This document shows positions 11,724 through 21,023 of a stretch of DNA of 64,000 bases, one piece after another. The stretch's first letter is position 1. Each line of letters begins with the position of its first letter. A program made the translations under genes and the position numbers. Source of the DNA: Emiliania huxleyi CCMP1516 (taxonomy: Eukaryota); the NCBI RefSeq assembly GCF_000372725.1, contig NW_005202113.1, forward strand, positions 1 to 64,000, written 5' to 3'. Under the pieces are notes generated by a model. The model saw only the letters and a program-made list of their open reading frames with translations, had not been told where the DNA came from and did no database searches.

Positions 11724-13022
11724 CTAGTCGAAAGGGTCCTCGCCGCCCTGATGCAGCAGCATGTTGCCCAGAAGCTTGAGCTGCATATCTGCGGGCAGTC
11801 CGGGCCCGAGCGGCATGGCAGGCACCGTCTCGGACGATGATGCAGCCGGCGGAGCTGTGCGCTTCGCGGCCTTCTTCTTTCGCGAGCGTGCCGCTGCTGC
11901 TTCCTCCGCCGCAGCCTGCTCCTCCCGCCGCCGCTTCTCCTTCTGTGCCAGCGGCAGCAGCGTTTTCTTCCAGTCCTCGCCCGCCTTTTGGATACACCTG
12001 TCTCGCAGCTTTGTGCTGGCGTCGCTGCCGGGATGCTTCATCGCCGCCTCGAGCAGCGGCATTGCGACGTCACTGCCGAGGTTGTCCAGGAACGACTCGT
12101 CGACGACGGCCTCCAGGAAGCTCGCGTCAATATCGTCCGCGCGCCGGGTGCAGTAGTCTGCGACAAGCCGCACGACACACCACGACACACCAGCTCCCCC
12201 GTGCCTCTGGTGGTAGTAGCCCCCGCCGTGGTAGTAGCCCCCGTGGTCGGCCTCCGGTCTGTGGTCCGATGTGACCACACGAGCGAAGAGCGTGTGGTGC
12301 AGAGCAAACAGATCGTGGAGCTCCGGGCAGCCGCTGAAGTTATCGGCCGTAGCCGGGTCGAAACGATGATCTCCAGGCAAAAAGACGTGGTCCGCGTACA
12401 GCTGGAGTTGTTCGGCGGCAGCCTCCACCGCAGCGTCTATCAGCTTGTCCTGCGAGAAGAGATGAGCGTGCGCGATGTACGTCGGAGCGCACGTGTAGTC
12501 GAGACTCTCCTCGAGATACAGCTTCACCTCAGCATGGAGCGAGGGGTTCGCCGTATACTCGGCCAGGTGGAACAGCGCGCAAGCGTTTTCTTTGGTCGCT
12601 TGCAGCTCACCCGTGTACACATAATCGAGGAAAGCGGGCATCGCCTCCGCAGCCTCGGCATCCAGGTCCAGCTTGCTCTCGCCACGCGCTGCCTCTGCGA
12701 GGCGCGAAGCGCCATTGCCGCGGCACTGTCGCACGAAATAGTCACTCTTGCGCGGGCCGCCTGCAATCACGACCTTGTGGACATGATACGTCTTGCTGTT
12801 CCGGGCGGCGTCCGGCACGTTGACCTCGATGCGCCAATCAGAGAGAGTCTCATCCGGATCATCACGCCACGAGAGCAACGCGCCCTTCGCCGCTGGCTCA
12901 TCGCCGCCGCCGTAGTCGCCGACATTGAAGCGACGAGTCATGGCATCAACAAGCACAGACGACCGCGTGTCAAACGTGTCACTTCTTTGTACTGGTAAAA
13001 AAGGAGTGCGTCGTGCGTCCAT
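11724..13022 (-). CDS. BTB/POZ domain protein (start at 13022 or 12941)
   Basis: LSDWRIEV..YHVHKVVIAGGPRKSDYF..MPAFLDYVYTGEL..NACALFHLAEY. Confidence 0.85.
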   Translation of the reverse strand: MDARRTPFLPVQRSDTFDTRSSVLVDAMTRRFNVGDYGGGDEPAAKGALLSWRDDPDETLSDWRIEVNVPDAARNSKTYHVHKVVIAGGPRKSDYFVRQCRGNGASRLAEAARGESKLDLDAEAAEAMPAFLDYVYTGELQATKENACALFHLAEYTANPSLHAEVKLYLEESLDYTCAPTYIAHAHLFSQDKLIDAAVEAAAEQLQLYADHVFLPGDHRFDPATADNFSGCPELHDLFALHHTLFARVVTSDHRPEADHGGYYHGGGYYHQRHGGAGVSWCVVRLVADYCTRRADDIDASFLEAVVDESFLDNLGSDVAMPLLEAAMKHPGSDASTKLRDRCIQKAGEDWKKTLLPLAQKEKRRREEQAAAEEAAAARSRKKKAAKRTAPPAASSSETVPAMPLGPGLPADMQLKLLGNMLLHQGGEDPFD

Positions 13023-14324
13023 CGCGCCGAAAGAAAGAAAGAAAGAAAGAAAGAAAGAAAACAGACAGCCCAAGCCGCCACCACACAGGGATTTTAAGGT
13101 GATGTTTTTTGTGCGAGGGAAAAGAATAAATAAATAAACAAAGTGCAATGGAAAATCCAAAATCCAAATCGCAAACATAGAAACCCAAACACACACAGCC
13201 ACGTGGCATGAGTAGGTTCGGGTTTGGGTGTTTTCAGTGCGTTTCAAGCGAGCCAGCCTGTGGCAGAACACTTCGCTTCGCGCTGCAGCGCTTGGGCCAC
13301 CGCCCTGGCCGTGAGCGAGCTTTTGCCGGCCACGGCGGCTACCAAGAGGATGGGCCCGGGCTCTGGCGCCGCGAGCACGGTGCCACCTCGACGTGAGTAG
13401 GCCCTGAAGCCGCCCGGCGCTCGCCGCGCTGCCCACGCCAGAGACTGGCTTGCTGCCGCACCACCTCTCGTGACTGTACTAGGCGGGACGGAGGTCGACA
13501 CTGGTCAGCACCGCGGCTGGTGACGCCGCGAGGCGCCCGCCAACTCTCGGCGACGGTGAGACGGTGCAAGATGTGCAGCTCTCGGCAGACGTCGAGGCGC
13601 TCGAGCTGCGGTGCAACGAGCCGCTCCGCTCCCGTACGACCCGCTTGTACAGTGACAAGTGGCACGGTTCGCTCCCGTCTACACGCTCGACTTCCTCACC
13701 AGGGTGCGCCGCTTGCGCGCACGCACACCTATTGCCCGCCGCACACGCGCACCCTGCCACAGACACGTCGATGTCGCGCACTGCTCAGGTGGGGCAGACG
13801 TTCCCAGGCTCGACGCCTGGGAGTGTTGTCCTATCATCCGCGCTCGTCGGCGACTCGACCGACTTCCCCAGCGAGAGTGTTGCGAGCAACAGGGTCGCCT
13901 CGGCGGCTTGAGCTGCGCAGCGACAGATCACTCCTCACCAGGCAAGCTGCGGCCCGGACGGCCGCGTCTCGTAGTTGCACACCCGTGGCGACTACGTTCC
14001 CGCGGCGGTGACAATGTCCCGTGTTGACGACGGGAGACACTGGTGTCACGCGCCGGCTTGCTTGCGGCTCGGCGCGCGCGCCGCCGCGCGTGGCGGCCGC
14101 GTGAGGCGTTGCACACCCTCGTTCGGGCGTGTGTCGTGGCTGTGTTATGTGTGTTTGGTCCTTGCCCCCAGATTTTGTCTTTTTAATAGTTTGCTACTCG
14201 CGTACTCGTGGGGAATGATCACTGGGAGACGCAAAAAAGAAGCGACGTCCGTCCTTTGAACGTTTCGCGCGAACCCACCCGCATCACGGCGCGCTGAAAG
14301 CCAGCGAGATCTCGGCTGCTCTCC

Positions 14325-16361
14325 ATGCAGGGCCTTCTCCAGGCCGGTGCCGCCGCCGCAGCCGCCGAAGGGATCGGCCTCGACGGTGATGACGCCAACG
14401 AGCCGAGTCTCACCTATTCCTACGCTCAGGCAGCCCGCCGAGCCCTCGGCGGCGCCGGGAGGAAGCGGCGCCAGAGTTTGAAGCCCGGCCAAGACAAGTG
14501 CTGGGTGGCCGGTTGCGAGTGCACCGTAGGCCTTGAGAGCATCCCTGCTTCCCGTGTGGAGGATGCCGCGTACATCATGGAGCACGAGATGGGCCTCAGC
14601 TTCACAAAAGACGGGAATCCACGTCCGCTGCCCCAGAAACAGAACAAGCTGTGCGGTACGCACCGGCCCGAGCTACCCGCGGAGCGCATCATTGGGGCAA
14701 AGGTGCTGCTTGAGGGCGACGAGTTCTTTGTCGACGCGACAGTCACGGGTCCCGCTCCGCCGCCTGCTGTGCAGCCGAGGCGGCCGCCTGGCTCTGCTCC
14801 TCTCAGACGGTGGCGTGCCACAGTCGACAGTGATGACTCCACGCGCGACCTCGACGGGGATGAGGAGGTGTGGCGTCTCTCCCGCCTGCGTAAGCTTTTC
14901 GCCACCACCACAGAGCGCTCCGAACTTGTCAAGAAGTTGAGGACCGAGGTGAGGCGCCTGCAGCGCCAAACGCGCGAGCTCAAGGCGGCGGCGGAGGAGG
15001 AGGGCGAGGGTGAGGGCGAGGGTGCTGGGCCAGACTCGAGCGCGCCTGCAGGACCACCTCCCGCCCCGACCGTGTCCTCAAAGACCGTGCGACTGCGGGT
15101 GCCTGTGCCCGAGGATTGGCAGCCACCGCAGCAGCCAATCATCTTTGAGGTGCCAGCTGGACAGGTCCGGCACTCGATGGCGAAGACATTGATGGTCATC
15201 CCTCCACCCTCGACTGTGCCTGGCGGGTTTATGCACGTCGATGTCGAGCTGAGGATTGAGGAGCCGCTACCGGTAGAGATGCCCGACAGGGGTGGAAGAT
15301 CTTCGAGGCATCTCCGTGACTACCTCGTCTCTCGTGCGTCGCAAGCCGGGCTCGAGTACTCTGCCGATGCAAACCCGCTCAACCCTCCTCGCGCATGGCC
15401 TCTGCGCGAGCAGCTCTCCTTTGCTAACTTGCGACCCGAGTACTTTGCTCTTCCAGAGCGCTCGAGGCTGTTCAAGAAGATGTTTGGCTTCGACTCGTGG
15501 GACGAGGCCATGAAGGTGTACGAGATGGTGTACCGGTGGGTCGAGAGGACGGATGGCGTGCGGCGAGCGAGGGAGGAGGGGCAGGCGGCGCTGCACCCGC
15601 GCTTCCAGTTCCTAGCGGCCCTGTGGCGAATGCGGGGATATAAAGATATCGACGAGCTCGCCTCTTTCTTTGGCCTCCTTGCCCCGCGAATGAGCGTAGA
15701 CTCTTCGCGGTGGATCCGTCGCCTCGGCCGCTTTGCGAAGGAGAACCTCGTCATCGAGCCCAAGGACTACCAGACGGTGCTCGACCTGCTGCCCAAGTCC
15801 TTCAAGGAGTGCGGCCTCGACACCGTGGTTGCCATCGGAGACTGCACCGACATCATGACCGAGACCTCACGCGAGAGCATCATGACGTCCAACCTCCTCC
15901 GTTCGGACAAGTCGAAGCACTCGGCGGCGATGGGGCTCACGTGGTGCACGCCGAATGGCCAGATCATCATCGCGACCGACCTTTTCATGGGCCGCTCCTC
16001 CGAGCACGAGGCGTGCAAGGCGTGCATCCCGGCCTTTGAGCGCATGCCGGCGAAGTTCTCAGTCATGTACGACAAGGGTGTCTCGAAGCTGCGCGTCCAC
16101 CTGCCGCACCTCAACGAGGTGATAACTCCTTGCTTCCTCAGAAAGGCGCCGCGCTTCACCATCGACCAGGGCATCCGCAACCGTGGCGTGACGTGCTGCC
16201 GCTACGTGGTGGAGGTGCCCTTCTCTGGCATGAAGGCGTGGAAGATGCTCGGCGACGTCGTGAAGGAGGAGGACAAGCCCCTGCTCAACTACGTGTGGTG
16301 GTGGACCATCGGCTTCCACAACCTCAACTGCGCAGTGCTCAAGCCGCCGTCGGGTGTGTGA
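14325..16361 (+). CDS. Transposase with THAP-like C2CH finger, HTH region and DDE_Tnp_4-type catalytic domain
   Basis: CWVAGC...LCGTH; IGDCTD, TPNG..GRSSE, MYDKG, PCFL, RYVVE..MKAWKML match ISL2EU/Harbinger-type motifs; intact 678-aa ORF. Confidence 0.88.
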   Translation: MQGLLQAGAAAAAAEGIGLDGDDANEPSLTYSYAQAARRALGGAGRKRRQSLKPGQDKCWVAGCECTVGLESIPASRVEDAAYIMEHEMGLSFTKDGNPRPLPQKQNKLCGTHRPELPAERIIGAKVLLEGDEFFVDATVTGPAPPPAVQPRRPPGSAPLRRWRATVDSDDSTRDLDGDEEVWRLSRLRKLFATTTERSELVKKLRTEVRRLQRQTRELKAAAEEEGEGEGEGAGPDSSAPAGPPPAPTVSSKTVRLRVPVPEDWQPPQQPIIFEVPAGQVRHSMAKTLMVIPPPSTVPGGFMHVDVELRIEEPLPVEMPDRGGRSSRHLRDYLVSRASQAGLEYSADANPLNPPRAWPLREQLSFANLRPEYFALPERSRLFKKMFGFDSWDEAMKVYEMVYRWVERTDGVRRAREEGQAALHPRFQFLAALWRMRGYKDIDELASFFGLLAPRMSVDSSRWIRRLGRFAKENLVIEPKDYQTVLDLLPKSFKECGLDTVVAIGDCTDIMTETSRESIMTSNLLRSDKSKHSAAMGLTWCTPNGQIIIATDLFMGRSSEHEACKACIPAFERMPAKFSVMYDKGVSKLRVHLPHLNEVITPCFLRKAPRFTIDQGIRNRGVTCCRYVVEVPFSGMKAWKMLGDVVKEEDKPLLNYVWWWTIGFHNLNCAVLKPPSGV

Positions 16362-16395
16362 GGTGTATGTGTTTCTCATTTTGTGACTCCCTTTT

Positions 16396-17271
16396 TTACT
16401 CATTAGTCATGTCTAGTTGGGCGACTGGGCCACGTCCGCCACGTCCGCCACGTCCACCCCGCTCCCGTCCTCCTCGCGACTTGCGCCGCTGCTTGCTCTT
16501 GCCCTGGCTCCGATTGAGTGTGTCGATGCTGCCAGGAGTTGGAACCGCATTCGAGGGCGTGCCCAGCTGCGGTGGCGACTCGAATGAGCGGGGTGGACGG
16601 GGCACCGGCCGTGGGCTCGAGACACCGGACGGACCCGCTGCCGCCGGCGCCGGCGACGCCTCCGCCTCCGCCTCCACCTCGGCAGCAGCCTCCGCCTCTG
16701 CGGCCGCAGCTTCCTCCGCTGCCTCGTCCGCCTCAGCTTGGGCTTGCGCCGCCGCTGCAGCTGCGAGCGCGTCTAGCCCACCGCCGCTCTCCTCGCCGTC
16801 AGCCTCGTCGTACGGTGCAACGATGAAGGGCATGTCCTTGTCGATGCACTCCTGCATCAGCCACGCCCAGAATGGCTCGGCGGGTCGTGCAGCAGTCTTC
16901 CACTCCTTGGAGGCGTCCTCGTTCCTCGCCTCCTTTGCCAGCGCCTCATCGACTGCCTGCTGGCTTGTCCCGCGCCGCCTCTCGCGCTCCTTCTTCTTTG
17001 GTGGGTACGCACGGCCATCAAGGACGAGACACACTTTGCCACCCAAAGCATAGACGCCCTGGAGGTGCTGCGTCACATACTGCTGCTGACGCTGCGAGAT
17101 TCCCTCCTGCGCCACCTGCTTCGGCTGCTTCTTCGACGCCCTGTGTGCGAGGCCCGAGATGTCGGTAAGCACCATCTTGCCGTCAAACGGGTTGTGGGCG
17201 CTGACGTGAACCAGGTCGCCGGCAGCGGGGGCAAGGATCTTGCCCTTGCCCGCACCTGAACCCCATCCCAT
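16396..17271 (-). CDS. EXO1/XPG/FEN1-type PIN 5' nuclease, N-terminal part only, followed by a low-complexity tail
   Basis: MG...GKMVLTDISGLAHRA, LVLDG..PPKK.ERERRR, FIVAPY(D)EAD align with EXO1 XPG-N/XPG-I motifs; later EDSD and GxDY motifs are absent. Confidence 0.8.
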   Translation of the reverse strand: MGWGSGAGKGKILAPAAGDLVHVSAHNPFDGKMVLTDISGLAHRASKKQPKQVAQEGISQRQQQYVTQHLQGVYALGGKVCLVLDGRAYPPKKKERERRRGTSQQAVDEALAKEARNEDASKEWKTAARPAEPFWAWLMQECIDKDMPFIVAPYDEADGEESGGGLDALAAAAAAQAQAEADEAAEEAAAAEAEAAAEVEAEAEASPAPAAAGPSGVSSPRPVPRPPRSFESPPQLGTPSNAVPTPGSIDTLNRSQGKSKQRRKSRGGRERGGRGGRGGRGPVAQLDMTNE

Positions 17272-18573
17272 GGAGAGCAGCCGAGATCTCGCTGGATATC
17301 AGCGGCCGTGATGCGCGTGGAGACTGGAGTTCGCGCGAAAGGTCAAAGGGGACGGACGTCGGTTCTTTATTTTTTTGCCTGCCAGTGATCATTCCCCGCG
17401 AGTACGCGAGTAGCAAACATTCATAAAAAGACAAAATCTGCGTGCAAGGACCAACACACATAACACAGCCACGACACACGCCCGAACGAGGGTGTGCAAC
17501 GCCTCACGCGGCCGCCGCCACGCGCGGCGGCGCGCGCGCCGAGCCGCAAGCAAGCCGGCGCGTGACACCAGTGTCTCCCGTCGTCAACACGGGACATTGT
17601 CACCGCCGCGGGAACGTAGTCGCCACGGGTGTGCAACTACGAGACGCGGCCGTCCGGGCCGCAGCTTGCCTGGTGAGGAGTGATCTGTCGCTGCGCAGCT
17701 CAAGCCGCCGAGGCGACCCTGTTGCTCGCAACACTCTCGCTGGGGAAGTCGGTCGAGTCGCCGACGAGCGCGGATGATAGGACAACACTTTCAGGCGTCG
17801 AGCCTGGGAACGTCTGCCCCACCTGAGCAGTGCGCGACATCGACGTGTCTGTGGCAGGGTGCGCGTGTGCGGCGGGCAAAAGGTGTGCGTGCGCGCAAGC
17901 GGCGCACCCTGGTGAGGAAGTCGAGCGTGTAGACGGGAGCGAACCGTGCCACTTGTCACTGTACAAGCGGGTCGTACGGGAGCGGAGCGGCTCGTTGCAC
18001 CGCAGCTCGAGCGCCTCGACGTCTGCCGAGAGCTGCACATCTTGCATCGTCTCGCCGTCGCCGAGAGTTGGCGGGCGCCTCGCGGCGTCACCAGCCGCGG
18101 TGCTGACCAGTGTCGACCTCCGTCCCGCCTAGTACAGTCACGAGAGGTGGTGCGGCAGCAAGCCAGTCTCTGGCGTGGGCAGCGCGGCGAGCGCCGGGCG
18201 GCTTCAGGCCTGCTCTCGTCGAGGTGGCACCGTGCTCGCGGCGCCAGAGCCCGGGCCCATCCTCTTGGTAGCCGCCGTGGCCGGCAAAAGCTCATACATG
18301 GCCAGGGCGGTGGCCCAAGCGCTGCAGCGCGAAGCGAAGTGTTCTGCCACAGGCTGGCTCGCTTGAAACGCACTGAAAACACCCAAACCCGAACACCCTC
18401 ATAGGAGAGCAGGAGGTGAAAGGAGGTCAGCACAAGTCCAAGGACGCACGAGCGAGAAGCACAGCAGAGCAGACAGATGACGATCACCACCCAGCGCACG
18501 ACCGCCAACTCTCCGGCGCAGGCCGCAGAACCGAGTCCGGGGGCCGACGGTCGCGGCGCGCTGGCGCGGCGCA

Positions 18574-19371
18574 GTGGACGCAGCCCGGTTCGCAGCTTCG
18601 CGAGCTACGGGGGCGGCCACGGCACGGCCCGGTGGCCGCCCCCGCAATGAGGCCAAGCGGTGGGCATCCGGCAAAAGCCGCAAGACGGGATTCGCGAAGG
18701 CGCGGGCCACCTTCTGCGGCGGAGGCCGCGGTAGCGCGGCGGCTGCGGAGAGGCACGACAGCATGATGACAAAAGCACGCTGGCGGGGCACCGAGGCAAT
18801 CGCAAGGGAGACCCCAGCGGGCTCTTTGTCGGTCGCATCGATGCCGCAACGCAAGGACTACACAAACGACGCCGAGCACCACGGCAAGTTCCAGGTGTGG
18901 CTCCAGGCAGGCAGCTTCGAAGGCAAGGCGCGTGATGGTGCGGCGGTGCGGGCAGAGCACGCCGCTCCCTTAGGCTCACACGTGTGGTTGTCTTTATAGG
19001 AGCGGCAGCAGCGGGTGAGCGCGCAGTACGAGAAGCGGGTGCTGGGCTTCGATGCGTGGCTTCAAAAGCAGGGGTATCCGTCCTTCTGCAAGGTGGTGAT
19101 GGAAAACGGCCTCGCCAAGCTGGAGATCATTGTTGATGCGGTCACCGGGCTTCCGCGTGTGTTTGCGGTGGAGGCGTGGATTGAGTTCTGCATCGGCATG
19201 ATGACCGGCGATGTGGAGAAGGGCGGATGCAGGGAGCTGCGAGCTAACACGGAGCTGTACGCCACGGCGCTCCATGGCCGCTCGCAGGCGGAGGTCCAGA
19301 TGCCGCTCGAGAAGAAGGGGAAGTTTGGGTGGGGGCCATACAAAGACGATCCCTTCAAGCTGCAGAAATAA
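18574..19371 (+). pseudogene. Spliced orphan coding fragment, 3' end abutting the repeat array
   Basis: Coding-like codon usage; apparent intron about 18946-19000 (GTGCGG...TTTATAG); the stop lies inside the family A repeat end. Confidence 0.35.
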
Positions 19372-20980
19372 ACAAAGTGCAGCAGAAAATCCAAAATCCA
19401 AATCGCAAACATAGAAACCCAAACACACACAGCCACGTGGCATAGGAGAGCAGGAGGTGAAAGGAGGTTAGCCAAGTTCCAAGCACAAGGACGCACGAGC
19501 GAGAAATATAACGGACATCCCAAGCTAGGGCTGGGTCGAGGACAGACACGTCCCCACCTTTGCAGGATTTTGCAAAAGCGACGGGGCAGGGCGCATCGCC
19601 GCGCGGATAGGGCTGGCTCTTCGGCCCGGTGGGGGGCGGGTAGGCTCTGTGTAGCGACGCTTCTTGCGCGCGAATACTACTCGCATAATGTAGGTAAACC
19701 ATAAAAGTAGATTTGAATACGCCCACGTAAGGCTTCGTGAGTGGTTGGGGTGGCCTCAAGCATCCCCAAGGGAGCCTCTGCGGTGCCACATAAGCAGCTT
19801 AGAATAAATAGAGCAGACAACGACCTTGCCAACAATATACATGTAGTACCTAAAACCCCTGGTAAAAAAAAGAAAGAAAGAAAACGGACAACCCAAGGGA
19901 GGGATGGGAGGACGGCACGCCGCCAGAAAGAAAGAAAGAGAACACACAACCCAAGGGAGGGATGGGAGAACGGCACGCCGCCACCACACAGGGAATAAAT
20001 AAAACGCGCACGCCAAACGAGGGGTGGGAGAAGGACAGGGTCCCCACCTGCACACGAGCAGGATCTTGTAAGGACGATCAGGGACACAGGGGAACGGGAG
20101 CGGGGAGCGCATCGCGACACGGAGGGGGGCTGGATAAATAAAACGGGCACGCCAAACGAGGGGTGGGAGAAGGGAGAAGGACAGGGTCCCCACCTGCACG
20201 AGCAGGATCTTGTAAGGACGATCAGGGACACAGGGGAACGGGAGCGGGGAGCGCATCGCGACACGGAGGGGGGCTGGGCAGGGTTCACCCACACGACAGG
20301 GATAGGACAGGTTGCACCCGGCGGCACGGGGGCAGGCGCGGGCCTCCTACTGGTTGAACAAATAAAACGGTCAAACAGAGAAGAAGATGAGTACTGAGAA
20401 ATAAATAAACAAAGTGCAGTAGAAAATCCAAAATCCAAATCGCAAACATAGAAACCCAAACACACACAGCCACGTGGCACATAGCACATAGGAGAGCAAG
20501 GAGGTGCAAGAATAAATAAAACGGGCACCTCTGCTAGGAGATGGCTGATGGGTAAAAAGGAGCAGAAATTGTCGGTGTATGTGCAGGGTTCTTTGTAGGG
20601 ATGGTCGGCGACTGTTCTTTGTAGGGATGGAATAAATAAAAACGGACACCTCTCTACTGTGAGGTGGGTTAGGGTAAAAAAGAACCAGCAAACACCGCAA
20701 CAGGTCCCCGCCCTTGCGATCTTAAATAAATAATAAACAAAGAGTTGGACAAATACCAAATTCCAAATCGCAAACATAGAAACCCAAACACAGGCGGCGA
20801 CGTGGCATACGAGCAATAAATAAAACGGGCAAGCCAAACGAGGGGTGGGAGAAGGACAGGGTCCCCACCTGCACGAGCAGGATCTTGTAAGGACGATCAG
20901 GGACACAGGGGAAAGGGAGTGGGGAGCGCATCGCGACACGGAGGGGGGCTGGGCAGGGTTCACCCACACGACAGGGTCCC
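19365..20980 (-). repeat. Head-to-tail stack of about 12 retroelement-like ends from 4-5 families
   Basis: On + each module opens with (AAAT)n or (GAAA)n plus AAAC; modules match solo copies at 2453, 6310, 8631, 13030, 24364, 42950 and 61803. Confidence 0.8.
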
Positions 20981-21023
20981 ACAAGTCCCGGAGCAAATTT
21001 CTTTTTGCACACACAATCGCACG

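Larger units (their letters stand above)
13210..18400. mobile_element. ISL2EU-like (PIF/Harbinger-related) DNA transposon, 5191 bp, about 1.1-kb TIRs, AT TSD
   Basis: TIRs 13210-14327 and 17269-18400 (GAG...CTC ends); AT at 13208-9 and 18401-2; the empty site GTGGCATAGGAGAG is present in the paralogous repeat at about 19437. Confidence 0.9.

Noticed and set aside
13210..18400. Fanzor/TnpB cargo
   Set aside because: No RuvC or zinc-ribbon motifs were seen; the second ORF matches XPG/EXO1 motifs.
13210..18400. Mutator/MULE assignment from long TIRs and convergent genes
   Set aside because: The TSD is 2 bp rather than 9-11 bp, and the transposase motifs are Harbinger/ISL2EU-type.
19365..20980. 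Array as CRISPR-like repeat/spacer locus
   Set aside because: There is no fixed repeat or spacer length; the modules are themselves dispersed repeats.
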